Notes: generated by a model not told the origin, from the letters alone. Positions 40,190-56,900 are shown, counted from the first letter of the stretch. The stretch: DNA of 64,000 nt from the human T2T-CHM13v2.0 reference genome, Homo sapiens (GCF_009914755.1 NC_060932.1), one strand, 5' to 3'. Made by a program: numbers and translations.

Positions 40190-40747
40190 CCTTGAGATTG
40201 GGCTCCTCCAGCACTAAAGGGGACTTATCATGCCACAGCCAGAGATAAACGTGATGGGACTTTCCCCACTGACAAGCATGCATACGCCTCCAATAATTTG
40301 CCCACGAGGAGAGTTTTGCTCATTATAATAGTAAAAAAACACAGCCATGCATGGAGATTTTCAATGCCAATGAGACATGTAACACGTAGACTAGCAAGCA
40401 CAACCCTAGCCCAAAGGACCTCCCGAAACATGCTTGCAAATAACAACACCTCACGCCCCTTCAGGAATAATCAGGTAAGATTCTCATTAAGAGAGTCCCC
40501 CAGCACTAGCTGCTGCTGGCTCATTCTTCTGAGCAGCCTGCTCGGTCTTGTCCTTCAAAGTGTGCTGTCTCTTTAAATAAACACTGCTACTGCTATTTTT
40601 CCAGCCAGGTCAGCCGGCTGCTCTCTTGGAGCTTACTTTATCTTCCTTCAAGAAACTCTGCTGCTTAACCCTCACTGTGCGTCACTTGGCTGAATTCTTT
40701 CTCCCAAGTTATACAAGAATCAAGAATTCCCATATTTCCCAGTAACA
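40190..40747 (+). mobile_element. Probable ERV1-class solo LTR (MER67-like; family and 5' boundary uncertain)
   Basis: aataaacactgctac poly(A) region, tgaattctttctcccaag...aagaa U5-like motif, terminal ...cagtaaca. Confidence 0.55.
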
Positions 40748-41663
40748 GGAGCACTTCAAGGAGAGCAACTCCGAAGACAGATGATGATCAAATTCATGAA
40801 AGAAGACAGAACTGGCCTTGGATTATTTCTCCAGCTTAACTTGAAAGGAACGGATCAGACAGACATTAACACCAGGGAAAGCTACATTGCTATCAAAATG
40901 GCAAGGATGTAGATCGTGTCAATGTATGAAAATTTAAACATGAAATCATGATATGCAGTTAAAAAGCAGGAGACAATAGAGTTTATGCCCCCCGGTTACA
41001 AATGGAGAAAATGTTAAGTTATGAACCAACAAGATTCAGAAGTATATTTCAAAAGATGCTAATAGAAGACACTGTTCATTATGTTCATTTTTAATAAACT
41101 TGCCTTATGATTGTAATTATTTCTTTAACTTTAATTGAACTAGGCCTCAGGAATCCAGAGTTATTATAAACAATGATTTCTCTAAGCCTTCTGTTAGAGA
41201 AAATGTTACGGGTTCTGGAAGCCTCAGCAAATTCAACTGACTGTCTATCCTAAGACAAAGTGGCTGAGACAGAAAAGCCACCATCTCAGAGAAGACCTGG
41301 CTACTCTTTCCTGGGCTGCTCCAGATCCTAGGAACTTGCAGGTTGGAGAAAGAGCCTAGGGCTATCCTGGGAAATGGCCACCAAACCCTTCAGGACACAA
41401 CCAAGACCTCAGGGGGGCTGCTAGAAGTAGAAATCTTTGATCTCCTCCCACAAGAGGTCCTGACTTCTTCAAGAACCCCTCTACCTAGACCCTGCACAGA
41501 ACCACACCCAGCCATGAGATCCAATTTCTAAAGTCACATTGACTGTGTTTGAACCTTGGCTCAGCAACTCTTGGCTGTGTGATCTTGAGCAGGTAATTAA
41601 AGGAGGCCTTAGTTTCCTCATCTGCAAAATGGAGGTAATAATGCTACTTAATTGCATACTGTC

Positions 41664-42020
41664 TGATAGGTTTGGCTGTGTCCCCACCCAAATCTCATCT
41701 TGAATTCCCATATGCTGTGGGAGGGACCCAGTAGCAGGTAACTGAATCATGGAGGCAGGTCTTTCCCATGCTGTTGTCGTGATAGTGAGTAAGTCTCACA
41801 AGATCTGATGGTTATTATTAGGGGCAGTTTTTCTTCACAAACTGTCTCTCTTTGCCTGCTGCTATTCATGTAAGACGTGACTTGCTCGTCCTTGCCTTCT
41901 GCCATAATTGTGAGGCTTCCCCAGCCATATGGAACCGTAAGTCCGGTTAAACCTCTTTCTTTTGTGAATTGCCCAGTCTCAGGTATGTCCTTATCAGCAG
42001 TGTGAAAACAGACTAATAGA
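41664..42020 (+). mobile_element. THE1 solo LTR inserted in a MIR
   Basis: tgataggtttggctgtgtccccacccaaatctcatcttgaatt...acagactaataga; MIR halves at ~41545-41660 and ~42021-42120. Confidence 0.9.
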
Positions 42021-45000
42021 TAGTCCTTACAAGGATTAAATGAAATACCTAGTGAACAAATGTGCGTATGTGTGTGAACAGTGCCTGCAACACAGTGGGC
42101 ACTCCCTCAATGCTCACTGATGTTGTGATTAACATTAGGAGGCTCCACCACCCAATCCTTAGCATGAGACACCATGTAGAAGGCAGGAGCTATGTCCCTT
42201 CAAGCCAAAGGGCCATGTTCTCTCTGACCTATTAACAAGCACCTCCTCTGTTAGCATAGGGCCACGCAACAAGGGTTCGTTACCATCACTGAGTGGTAAT
42301 CGAACAGTTCTCTGACATTGGAATCATTGCTCCATTTTGCTAAGGAAATAGAGCCCTAGAGAGGTTAATTAACTCACAACACAGCAGCAAGGCCAGAAGA
42401 CTTAGGTTCAAATCCTAGCCACAAAGCCAGTGGGTTTTCTGGTTTTTCCCTTCTGCCGTGCTCTCCCCAGCCCCCAACTCTGCCCAGCCCCCTACCCATC
42501 CCCCTGTCCCAGTGTCCTGAAGCCACAGAATAAAGTTTTCTTTCTCTCCTGCAGCCATCCAAGGGAGTCACTGTGGTGCCACCTGCCTCCTTGGCCCCCC
42601 CTTGCCATCCAGCCTGGAGCTCACCCAGTGTCCCCTCTCTCCTCTGGGGGAGCCATGAAGGTGACCATGGGAAATGACCTAAGAGGGCTGTGGCTGGAGC
42701 ACTGAACCCCAGCTGACCAGAAGCAATCAATCAGACCCCAGCCACCAACAAGAGACCAATATGCCACCCAGAGCAGGGGGTCCAAGTCTGCTCTGGAACA
42801 GGGTCAGGAGGGCCTAGATGAGACAGAGGCCAACCCAAGTCCACGTGGATCTTCCCACAGGGCCCAGAGATGGGAGCCAAGGCCACATCCTTCTCCTTGA
42901 GACCGCCATTGGATACACTCCTTCACGTCCTCCAAAAACACAAGCAGATGGGCAGATCCCCTTCTCTCCACTTCTCTCCCCAATCCCTCCACCTATGTTC
43001 CAAACCTCTTATTACTCGGCAAGAGGAGAAAGAATTAAACGTATGCATCATTTGATTTTAATTGAAGGACTGTTCTATTTCATTGAACTGCTAAGTAAGC
43101 TGAACAAGAGATTGTGTTTACATAAGCAAACCCCGAGTCACTATAGACTTGCTGTCACATTAAGTCAATACTTATGAAGGCTCTCTATTTAATTATTCAG
43201 TGAGGATGACTTATTATTGTGTTAAGAGTGTGGTTAGCCTTGAGCTAGGCAGCCAGCCAGCTGAAAGATTTCTTTCAACTTTCTCTGAATGCTGATACGG
43301 TTCTTGCTGGTGGTACGAGGATGGATTTCTTCCCTTTCTCCCTCCCCACCCTTCCCCTCCCTCCTGCTCATGAGTAGAAAGCACCAGGTTTACTCCCTTG
43401 AGAAGGGGGTGGCAGGTGCCCCTGCAGTGGTCACTCTCTCAAATGCTCTTCCTAGACCAGTAATTTGTCCGAAGACCCTGACAACTGAAGTCTCATTAGC
43501 CAAGTTCTTCTGCTCTTAGTTCTAGCAGCTCCAGCCTTCATTCTTCCCATTCCCAATTCTGAAGACCTCCTACTCAAAGACCCAGACCCCCTCCCCAATT
43601 CTGTTACTCCCAACATTGCCTCTCCCTTCAACTTCCACAGAATGTGTTTCTCAGCCTCACAATCCATGCAAACCCTATTATTCCACGGCATATTGTTACA
43701 AAGATTCAGAGAGATTCTTGCATCAAATCACATTTCCTGACACATAACGTATGGAGAAAAGTCAGAGATGAATGCTTGGCCTAAACTCAGTGGCATTTTA
43801 GGCTGAGCATGAACTTCTTCTGAGAGGCAGGAAGCACGGTGGCTGAGAGCAAGACTCCAGGCACCAAATCCCCTGGGTTCAAGCCCCAGCTCTGCCAGTC
43901 ACAAAGGGTATAGCCTAGGCCAACTCACCTTTCTGTGACTGAGCTCCTCATCCATAAAAGGGGGCAAGGAGTTTCTGGGAAGAGTAACCGAGATTCCCAA
44001 GAAGTACCAGGGACCATGCCTGGCATGCCAGCCTTGGCTGTTATGAGGAGCCCTGTGTATTTCTAGTCTAAGTCCCTGAAGGAGAAGTCCCTGGGCTTCC
44101 ACAACCCATCTTTGCCACCCTGATCCCCATCCATGATCAGGATGTACTGATCTCTCCCATCTCATCTCTCCTCTTTGCCATCCCAACCCTATAGCAACTT
44201 CAAACACACACGTTCCCCAGCCGTGACGTTTCATATGCCTTGGTCCTGTGTTGCTTCCCTTGCTGAGAAAGCCTTCTCCTTAAACTTCCTCCAGTTCACC
44301 CTTCCAAACCCACCTCAGGTACCAGGTCTTCCAGAAAACCTTCTCTGAATGCCTTGTCCCAACTCTAATCATGTTTCACAAACTCCAGTTATCGCACTGG
44401 CATCACTGTATCATAACTTACATTTTTCATATCTGTTTCTCCTATTAAGCTACGAGTTCCTTCAGAATAGAAACCATCTTATTCATGTTTAAAACTTCAG
44501 TGCCCAAAGAAATGCCTGACACTCAAAAGGGACTCAGTTGCCACCGGATGGAGGGAGGAAGAGAATTAGTAAGAAAAAAAAAAATGGAGGGGAGGGGAGG
44601 GGAAGGGAAGGGAGGGGAGGGAAGGGAAGGGACTGATTGATTGGGACTGTGTCTGGAGGCATGGAGGACTTTCTCTAAGCAGCAGGAGATCTAAGAACTC
44701 TCCTAACACCTCCCCTTGAAAAGTAAAATTATAGGCAGATCTTCAGCTAGCAGCAAAGCAAAATGTATCAATGTTTCATTAACTTGAGCACCAAGATAGT
44801 TCAGCTCCCAGAAATGCCCTCCAGTGTGTCTGCCTTTCCCCCCTTCCTCTTATCCTGCCCACTGGTGGTTAGAAACTTGGAAAAGTGTCTCTGCTTTCTC
44901 TGATAACAGCCATTCACTAAAGGAGGCCCCAGTGGCCTGCGAGAATTAACACACATCCTTAAGCACCACTCTTAACATGAAGAAGTGCCTCGGGGACCTA

Positions 45001-48000
45001 CAGAGGAGAATCCAGTGGGTCCCTGTGGAGGAAGGCTGGGTAGAGTGTCCATTCTCAAACACGCAGAAGGGCAAAGGAAGTCAGAGACGAGGAGGAGGAT
45101 TTGGGTCAAAACGCCCGCTGCACCTCTCCATGCCTAAGTGGCTGTGATACCCACACAAAAGAGTGTTTGGGAGATGAAACCAAACCACCCTATGCAAAAC
45201 TAGCTCTGAAAAATAGAATTGGCTGTATACCTGTTTATGATCTTTCTTCTTGGGAATAATAAGAAAAAGGCAGTCCAATTGCACCCAAATCCTCTTCAGC
45301 TTTCAGCACAGGACGCAAAGCAGGGAGAAAGAGACTCATGTGAGTACCGTGGGCTGGAGCCTGCCCACCACATCCCAGACCCACCAGGAAGCAGGGAGGA
45401 CCAGGCATGGCTGGGTTCTGCTCTAAAAAAGCACAGGGCAAATATATTCTCGGAGTCACAGGCTTCAGGGGGCATTGGGCCCTCCATTCCAAGCCTTCTA
45501 GAGAAAACTGCGTAGACAAATATTTTTCCTATCAGGCAAATATCTGGGCAGCTATGCCACCACTAGGAGTCTTTCTCATTATATAGACTAATGAGAATGC
45601 TGTGCTTCTCTGGAGCAATTTATCAAGGCAATGTCTATTATAAATGACATTTTTCCTGAACTAACAAAGGATGTGAGGCTGGGGGTAACCGGTTAAAAGG
45701 AAATGTTTAGCTGATCCCAGAAACCATTCAGAAATTAATTACACACCCCCATGCTAGCCAGTGCTTTTCCCCCTCTGTGCCCTTCCTCCTACTTGGACTC
45801 CCTGCCCTGTCTGCCCACCTCCTGGCCACCTGAGCCAGAAGCCAGGGAAGGGAGCCATGCAGGCTCCCAGGAACATAGCGCCTTAGGAGGAGGGTGAAGT
45901 CTTAACAGCAGCATCACTGGAGCATATAAGACCAGATTATTTGTGGTCCCAACTTGCTGATGCAAGATGAAAAATACAGCAAACTGCAGCTGCTGAACTC
46001 AGCTCTTTTTCTTTTTCTTCTTTCTTTCCTCTTAGCTGAGGTTAGTGTTTCACAAAAGGGGCTTTACAAAAAATAAAATCTATGAACTGTGGGGTTCTAA
46101 CCTGTCAGCTTAAGGTCAGGTGCACAGAATACAGCATCCAGGGAGGAGAGAACATGGGCCCTTGGTCTCGCCCGCATGCAGTGAGCTCTCCCATGTGTCC
46201 CCACACGCAGACCCATACGAAGGCCCTGCCACTCCAACCGATACACGTGTGGCCACACACCCTCAGTGAAAGAGTCCCCTTTCCCCCCCAGTCAGAGGCC
46301 CTCTCCCTAATCCCTGAATTATGGGTCCTCTCTATTTCTACCCTCCAACTCCACAACAGGTGACAACGTTAGATGCCCCTTTGACATCAGAGGACTGGGA
46401 GCCATGCCCATGGCCCAGAAGCCAAGGCCTCCCCATGTAGGCAGTGCATGCACCAGGGCTGGTTACACAGAGCTACAGTCTTGCAATGAATCACCTCCCA
46501 CCAATGCCTCCCTACATGGAGTGGGCTGGATAAAAATCAGAGGGGACACAGCAGACCACTCAGGCCAGGGAGAGGAGGCAGTCACTGGGTCCCTCTGGAT
46601 TCGTTACCAACCGTCTCAAAACCTCTGCTGTAAAGAAATTGAGCATCAGGACCCGGGTGCTTCTGAGAATTTGAACTGCAGCCTCTGGCTTCATCCAAGG
46701 AAAAGATAAAGCATCCAGGTAGACTCTTCCCATGGGGCAGAAAAAGGATGGGACTTCTATATAAAGTTCTAACACCAAGCAAGAAGGAATGAGGAGACTC
46801 TTAGTTCATCAAGAGTTTGAATGCATTTATCTTAGAACAAGCAGGTTCAGGCATCTGGCAAGGTTCTTCATGTCTTCTACTGGGGTCTCTCTCACCACCC
46901 TTCAGGGCTCTGCCAGGAGACAGGATATAGAAGTACAAGGTACCAAAGGAAGAAAAATCTGAGTCTAAATCCAGACACAAGAAAAGGCAGACCCAGGAAG
47001 AGAAGGAAGGCCAGCAAGGCCAATGGGACTGCAGAGAGCAGGAAATAGATCCCAGCCACAGGAAAGCTTTCTGGAGAGAGCTTTACAAAAAATAAAAGAG
47101 ATTCCCCAGAGAGCCTGGATAAATGAACAGAAGCCTTGCCAGGCACCAGGACCCCAGCACAGGGCAGAAGGAGGCCCCTGAGGGTTCCACCACCACCCTC
47201 TGATTCTCTCCAGTGGGTGGAAGGAACAGCCCCCCTCCACCCCCCAGGGTCCACTGGGAAGACTTTTGGACACCCCTGGGAAATTTTGCAGCAAGAGGGA
47301 GGTCGCCAAGACCACTCACTCGTCCTCTTCTCAACAGGCTAGAAAGTGGGCTGGCCATAAGACCATTGGCCATGCAGCACTTCCTGCAGAACAAACTCCA
47401 GTTCCTTCATCCCGCTTGTGCAGCGGGCATCTGGGGTGCTAGGTCAAAGGCAATCTTGGTGTGTCAACCAAGGGGAGTCCCCACAGCAGGTGGCAGAAGA
47501 CAGAGGCTGACTCAACAGACAAGCCCCAGGGAAGGAAATCAAACAGGGCAGAAGGAATGGACGCTGGCAGAGTAGAGTGTATGGAAAGCCAGAAACCATG
47601 GCCCAGGCTCACCAGGAAACAAGAGAGGCCATCTGCCCACAGAGGAGACAATACCCTCAGAGCCACAGAATCTGCAGGGAGAAGAGTGAACCAGGATGAC
47701 TACCTCTGACCCCAGGCTCTAGGGAACAATCCTCCACTTCCTGCACAGATAGGTAACGTGTCTCAGCAGCAGAGCCTGACAGTATCTCCCTGCAGATGGT
47801 CTTGTGTGGGGGGCCTGGTGTTTCTTGGTGTTCCATCTCGTTGCCCCTTGGCCTACCGGAGGTATACCAGATGTCCTTACAGGCAGACTTTCATCCAGAC
47901 ATTGCTGGGGGGTTGGTGCGGGGCTGTTGAGAAGAGCAAGCAGATTCCCAGTATTGCCACGCTGGAATGGAGCACCGTGAGTTCTGATATATGCCAATCT

Positions 48001-49974
48001 GTGGCAGTGAGGAAAGTCGACCAGTGGCATAGCTAATAGGAGGACTATTCCTTGAATGGCCATTTGATAGCCTCCTCTGCAGTACTAGGTCTGCAAGTAA
48101 TGGACTGATAAAAACACTGCTGGAAGGCCTTAGACAAAGCCCTGTAAACCAGGAGGCAAACTGGGAATGGCAATTCGAGACCAGATGGTTGATGATCTGC
48201 AAGCAAAGGGTCTGCAGGGGGTGAATTCTCACATTTTAATGAAGGTACTCAGGGCCCTGAGACAATGGCAAGGCCGTGTACATAGAAACAACATAAAGGA
48301 GACCAAGAATAATCCCATCCCAGGAGCATTCAGGAGTTGGCAGGGGAAGTGTTAGCTCCCTTGACACCTCCCCTCCAAAGGCCCACCCCTAGGCTCAAAT
48401 ACAGGTAGCACAGGGAATGGCATCATACAGAGTCCTTGATGGTGGAGGTCTCTCTGGGACACATACGATGTCTTGCCTAGGCTGCAATGGCCAGCAGCAA
48501 TGGGGACCCGTCCTCTAGTTCCTGGACACTGGCACAGTCCCTGGACACCAGCACAATCCTTGGACACTGGCCTTCCCGGCTAGGCCTTCCTCCTACTCAC
48601 CTCACACTGCAAACCTTCCCCAAACCCATCCTGCTTGAGTGATTGATTTGAAGGGGATTTGCAGGGGGCAGCAGCACACATGAGCATAGGATGTCACCCA
48701 AGCTTCCATCTTCAAAGCAGAACCAGCCAGTCTGGAGAGGCTGAGGAGCCAAAACTAATACCAGTTCATCCCAAGAAGATTCCTGACTTCCTCTTGAAGC
48801 AGAGCCCTCAGGGCTGGGTTGTTCTGATCGAGCTCCTGACAAAGAGTGAGACCTGCAGACCAGATCCTACTACAAAGCAATCGGCAGCTGTGGTCAGCAA
48901 CAGCATGCTGAAGGGCCTCGGTGGCTTCAAGAGGGCAAGAGGCCAGGGCAGAAGCCCTTTACAGAAGCCCAGTGAATGCCCAGCCTGGGGCGGGGGGACA
49001 GACACCAGTATGCTGAGCCAGCCCAGACACTCAGGCTGAAATCTGTACTTTAGAAACCTGTATTTTTATGCTGTTTGTTTTCTATAATTATTTCCTTTTA
49101 GTCTTGCCTTTACATTTACTAAGAGACCAACCAAACTCAAAATAAATAATAATAACTAACAATTTTGAGTGTTTAATAGGCATTTGCTAAGCACTCTAAA
49201 AGCATTAGTGCATTTAATCCTCATGAACACCCTGAGATACACAGGTAGTGCAAAATTCCCCACTTTACAGAGAAGGAAGCCGAGACTTAGAACAATTAAA
49301 TGACTTGTGGCACAGCTGGGAAGTGTGGGGCCTGGACTTGAACCCAGGTCTCTCTGCAGTGCAAGCCCAAGGCCCGCCGGTCCTCTCAGAGGCATGCACA
49401 TGTTGGGGCTGCTGTTCCAACATGCATCCAGCATCACCCGCTGGGGTTGGGTGTGGTAATGGCAGCAGAATCCGAGCAAGACCCCAGGATGGGGGTGACA
49501 GTCACAAGGGCAGAGCCAGAGCTGCCTGATCTTGAACGCTGTGGCTCTCTCCTGAGTGTCCCCCTGAGCTAGGAGCTGGGTTTTGCTGCCAAGAGGAAAG
49601 CCAGGCCCTTACAAGGAGGCAGCCCCCTTATACTTGGCCTCTGCCCTCAAAACAGTGGTCTATCTCCAGCACCTCCCTCTGCCAAGAACACCACAGTCAT
49701 CCCTCACCCTGGGTGGACTCCACCCCACCGTCTCCAACCAGAGCTCTGGCACCCACGCACTTCCTATCCCTTTCCTCAGAAATCTCCCTTCCCATTTCCA
49801 GATCTTCCTTAAGCTGCACCTGTGCATCCAAGCCCCTGCTGCCCAGCTCTCAGGGGGTATTAATTGTCATGAAGGCAGCCAGGTACCACCCACCTTAGGG
49901 ATCACAGCAACATGAACAAGACAGTCCTTCTCTGGCTGGTGACAGCCCCTGGAGAAACATGGGAGACCCCGCCT

Positions 49975-50786
<812 letters not shown>

Positions 50787-51645
50787 TGAACCCTCTGTGT
50801 GTCCAGACTGAGAGGTCACTCCTCCAAGGACAGGCTTTCGCTCTCCAGGGTCACAGGCTCTGTTGCCATCTGGAGCTGGGCCCTACCTCCCATGGGAGCC
50901 AGGGACAGGGCCTCCCTTGCCTCTGCTAGGGGCTCCTCTGTGTAAGAACAGAGGATTGGGGGTCCCTCAAGTGCAGTCCCCAGGCCTTGGGCCCTGTGTG
51001 ACCCACTGGGGCACAGATCCCAGTGTGCTCCTCTCCTCCAAGCGCTCTGCCAGGGCAGAAGTCTGTGGGGCTTGAGCCTCAGCGCTCCACGCCTGGACAC
51101 CACCTCCCCATCACGGCCCCCCCCAGCAGGCAGGCTGGATGACCAAAGGCATGGTTCGGGTTCCTAGATTCCCAGTGCCCTTTCCCCAAGGCCAGGCATG
51201 CTCCGGACCAGGGTTAGACAGGCCACAGTCCGCCAAAACAGCGGGTTGGACGCTACTGCTCCTCGTCTGCCCGCAGACGGCAGCCTCCCCGCTGGGCCTC
51301 CCTCGGTATTTGAGGGCCAGGCCAATCATCTGTCCTCTCCTTACCACCGCGGTCTCTCCGCAATGACAGCCCATGTCCAGGGACTGTCTGGATTCACGGA
51401 AAATACTTTGATTATTTTCCAGAGGATAAACAAACGGGGGTTATTTTCGTAGTAAAAATGCCAGCTGGATATTAAAACAAAAGTGTGTAGATGCACCGTG
51501 CAGATGAGTCTGGGCCGCCCTTCAGCCCAGGCACACTCCTTCTACCATAGGAAGAGTTCTAGAAAATGCACAGGCAGGGCCGACGTCAGAAAATAAACTC
51601 CTCATCACATACATTAGGCACATGTTAATAGATGGTAGAAAGTAA

Positions 51646-52153
<508 letters not shown>

Positions 52154-52763
52154 CAAGAACTAGCATTTTCATAAGCACCATGATGGATGGAGATGTGGCG
52201 TCCATGGACCACATCTGGAGAGAAAGTGCAGGATGCATGGAAAATGCAGCCCTCAGAATAGGCCCTGCTTCAAGTTTCTGCTCGACCTTATCATAAGCCA
52301 TGTGACCTTGGGCAAGTCCCTTAAAATCTCTAATCCTGCGTCCTTATCTGAACACAAAGAAATTCTAAGAGTGGGGACCTCAAAGGGTTATAAAGGGTAC
52401 GTATGCACGGTTTGACATGGAAATTCCTAAAATGGTGACACAGTGGCTAACACACAAGAGCTCACTCAGGGTCACCTTAGTACTACTGGATGGAGGGGGT
52501 AGTTCTCCTCTGCAGCCTTGCTGTCTGGGGTCTGGACAGCAGAATCGGGCATTTAGGCCTGTGCCCGAGTGGCAGATTCCGCAGTGGTGTCCACCACATG
52601 GGGCAGTTCAAGACCAGAGCAGGACGGGGCCAACCCAGGCCTGGAAAACAAGGCAGCCCAGGTGACTCTCTGCTCATCTCTGTCTCCCTGGGCCTTTACT
52701 TAGCAGTCATAAACCTCTCCGCCTGGTTCTGGCTGAGCTGTGGGGCATTAGAAAGTTGACAGG

Positions 52764-52960
<197 letters not shown>

Positions 52961-53638
52961 TTACAGGGGAGCAGGGCTGCCCCTCCCCTCCAGGCCCACA
53001 GGGAGTGGCTGAGGTCCTCTCCAAAAGATCCCCAAGGGGAAGAAGGTCTCAGAGAGTGAAAGCTGGGCCTGGGAGACGCCCCCCTGCCCTTCCTCACACT
53101 TACAGATTTCCCCTCTTCACATCCGCAGAGAAAACTGGGCTTCACTGTCATTAAAGAAGACGGCAGTTTCCTTACAGAAGGAGCACCTACAATGTTGTCA
53201 AAATCCACAGACACACACAGACAAGCTCGCAGGGAAATCCCTTTCTCAAGCCCACACACACTTGTTCGCTCACACAGCCTGGTACAAACCCACATTCACA
53301 GCCCAAAGAATCCGCACACTGAGTCTCCCCTCCCTCCCACCGCCACCCCCAAAGGGCTTCTCAGAGTCACCAGAGAACGACTCTCCTCTCCACTCTTCCA
53401 GACCATGAGAATTAAGGGACCACATCCCGCCCTGACCTGCCTGGAGCTCCTGTTTCTGGGCCTAAGAAGCCCAAATACTAAACCGAACAGCTGGTGGGCC
53501 CAAAGGTCTGCTCCCAGACCCAGCAAGCCTGGAATTAGAGAGGCAGAGATCCCACCACACTCTGGGGAATTCAGGGAGGAGGAGGAGGAGCTGCAGGGTG
53601 GACCTCGAGGGCCTCTCTTGGTGGGAGGGGGGGCCTCA

Positions 53639-53992
<354 letters not shown>

Positions 53993-56900
53993 CAGGTTAC
54001 CCATCCTCTCGCAACAGAAATGAAGGAGCTGCAGCCAGATGGGGACATGGGTTACCTAAGGTCACTCCTCGGCCCCTATCTGCACCACAGAGGGAGCGAA
54101 GGTTTGAGCCTTCCATGGCAATGCAGAAGGAGAGACCCTCTCCTAATTTTCCCAGTGGCTCCTCATTCTCCAGGTGCCTCTCCAGCACCATCGCCCTCTG
54201 TATCTCTCACACATACAAACGCACACAGGTACTACACTCAGAAACACACACAGTCCACACAAGCTCACTCAGACTTGCAGAAGCACAACGCTGGCAGAAT
54301 GGCCACAGAATGTACAGCCCTCAAGGTCCCACCTCCCAGGGCAGCACGTGCTTTATTAATGCCCTGAGCCCATGGTTCTCCTCAAATCGTATCTTCCCTC
54401 CTTCCTTTCCCCACATTTCAGAAATAAGGTAAATCATAGTGTAGGAAGCACAGAATTTGAGATAAGTATTAATTATCAAGATAAAGGAGCAGGCCCAGAG
54501 AAGTTCCATGCGTACCCCGAGGTTTCCACAGCGAGACGAGGTAGATTCAGGGCTGGGACCCGGGAATTCTGGCCCCGGGCTCCTTCCCTTCCTCGTGTTG
54601 CGGACACTAACTCGGCTCGCGTGTCCCCTCATTTGAAAGGGGCCCTGCCACCATGTGATCCCCTCTTTCTGCCTGATCCTCCCAGCACCCCCATCTAGAA
54701 CAAGTGTTACTGTCACCACCACCAACTCCCCCAGCGTCACGTGGCGAGGTAGTGACAGCTTTAGCATGACAGCCTCGTCTTCTGAGTCAATGTTCTATGC
54801 TGGTGCCATAACCCCACCCACTGAGACCAAATCATCCTCATCAAACCCCAGGACCCACAGTCTGTGACAAAAACACAGGGTCAAACTATGTTAGGTCACC
54901 AAGGAGAGCTGAGAACGATGAGGATGTGGCCACGTCATTTAGCAAAGAAACAGAGGAATCTTGGGAGGTCCATCATCCGTAGCCATCTCAATGGCCAACT
55001 CTAACTCCAAAAGGCCTTCATATGCCCCTTCTCTCTTTTCCAAAGTCATCTTAAAATATTTTTTTTTTAATCTAAAAGGGCTCCGGCAAAACAGCACATT
55101 TGTAGGTCACTCATCTGGCAGCCTGCCAGGAATGAGGAAGTCCCCTGAACAGACAGTATAAAGTTTGTTCATCAAAACAGATCATGAACTCCTAAGAAAA
55201 TCCTTTGTGCGCCCCCATTAAAGTCTAACGGCTCCTCGTGCATACATAATTCCAACGCGTTCAATTATCTGGTTTTCTGTGCCACAGAAAACCCGCGAAG
55301 GAGAAAGGGTGATGGAAGAAAGCTCCGAGAGGCAGACAGAAACTGCAGCAAGAAGTGACAGCAAACAGCGAAGGAGACAGAAATACTAGAAAAGCAAACT
55401 ACAATGACTCAAAAGTCACAGTATCTGGCGCTCATTAACATGGGGGCCAACAGTTCTATGTAAGTCAGTAGCACCTGAAGGCATGGCGTACACCATCTGT
55501 GCAAGTTCACCCAGAGTCAAGAATAACACTGTGTCACCAAGAAAAGGTGAAGGTGTCTTCCACTATCTCTGTTTAAGGAGACAAAGAGCATTTAAGAACT
55601 TCACAAGTATTTATGGGCCCTGAGTCGGGCCAGGCCCTGGGCCCAATGCAGGGGCGAGTGAACATGCCAGCGGGCCAAGAGCTCCTGGCGTCACTGCATA
55701 GAACATGGTAGACAAGGAAGCTGCCTCTTACATTCCTAGAGACACAGCAGGGGAGATGGAAAATAAATGAGATGTGTTTTCCCTTCGCCTTCTTGTGTCC
55801 CTTCCAGGGGACAAACAGGACTTTGAGGTCAGGAAGTCTGGTTGTGTCTGTCACTAAGAAGAGGCCTCATTTTCAGAGGCCTTAAGAAGGAAGGTCAAGA
55901 GCTGAAGATGCCCAGGGCCTGCCGAGTGGAGCAGCCAGCAGGTGGGAAAGGCCACTGTCCTATGGCCCAGATGCAAGGCACTGGCAGCTACAGAACAGGG
56001 AGCCCCATGGCAGTGAGGGATGAGTCTGCGGAGAGGGGAGGGGGGTATCTCTCTGGGCAAATCCAGGGTCTTTGGAGTTTACAGCCACGGGGGCACATGG
56101 GTCCACCCAGGGAAGAGCCCCCAGCAGATGCTGAAGGATCCACCAGGGAGCCCCCATGAGACCAGCAGGAGGAGGTGCAAGAGCACAGATCAGCCTGGTC
56201 TGAGTCCCGTGAGCCCAGCCCAATGGTCCTGCAGGCCACAGACAGGGGCAGCTCAGTTCACTGCAGCTACATTTCCTGCTAGCCAGGCTAGAGAGAAGGA
56301 ACTTGAAGGAATTCAAAAAATTAGGAAATGTAAACACCCCCTAGAGTATTGTGGAGCTAAATCCACACACTTAACCACTTCAACACATAAGAATAGCTCT
56401 GAAAGGGAAAAGATGGACAGGCTACAAAGAGCTGAGGAATGGGCACTTCCAAGGCAGGGGAACCTATTCCTGCAAGACCCCAGAGGCAGGAAAGCCAGAG
56501 GCCAGTCACCCATTCAGGGAGGCCAGGGGTGCCAAGAAAGGCCACTGCAGATGTGGAAACCTAGGCAGGAGGTCTTTGCACCCAGGTTCTTCTGAGACAG
56601 AGTCAGGAGAGCCTTGGGCTGTGAGTGCGATGAAAAGTTCATTCTGAGGACTTATCTGCTGGCTGCCGGCTGCCAGGCTGTTTGATTGCAAAATCCATTT
56701 CCAAATGGCCTGCTCGTTTGTGAGAAGCTACAGGGGACTGTATATCAGGAGATGCCACCCCCTGAAATGTTCCGCATCCCAGGTACCCACCTTCCTCCGG
56801 CTGCAGCCACTCCTGATCCACGCAGACCCACCCTGCAGGCACCGACCTCCCCTGCCTTTCCCAAGCTCCCTGAAGATCATCTGATGAGCAGACACCTACC

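Noticed and set aside
47719-48355. Unique-looking stretch with several ~100-aa ORFs as a possible pseudogene
   Set aside because: No recognisable protein similarity, poly(A) tail or TSD; would need BLASTX to revisit.
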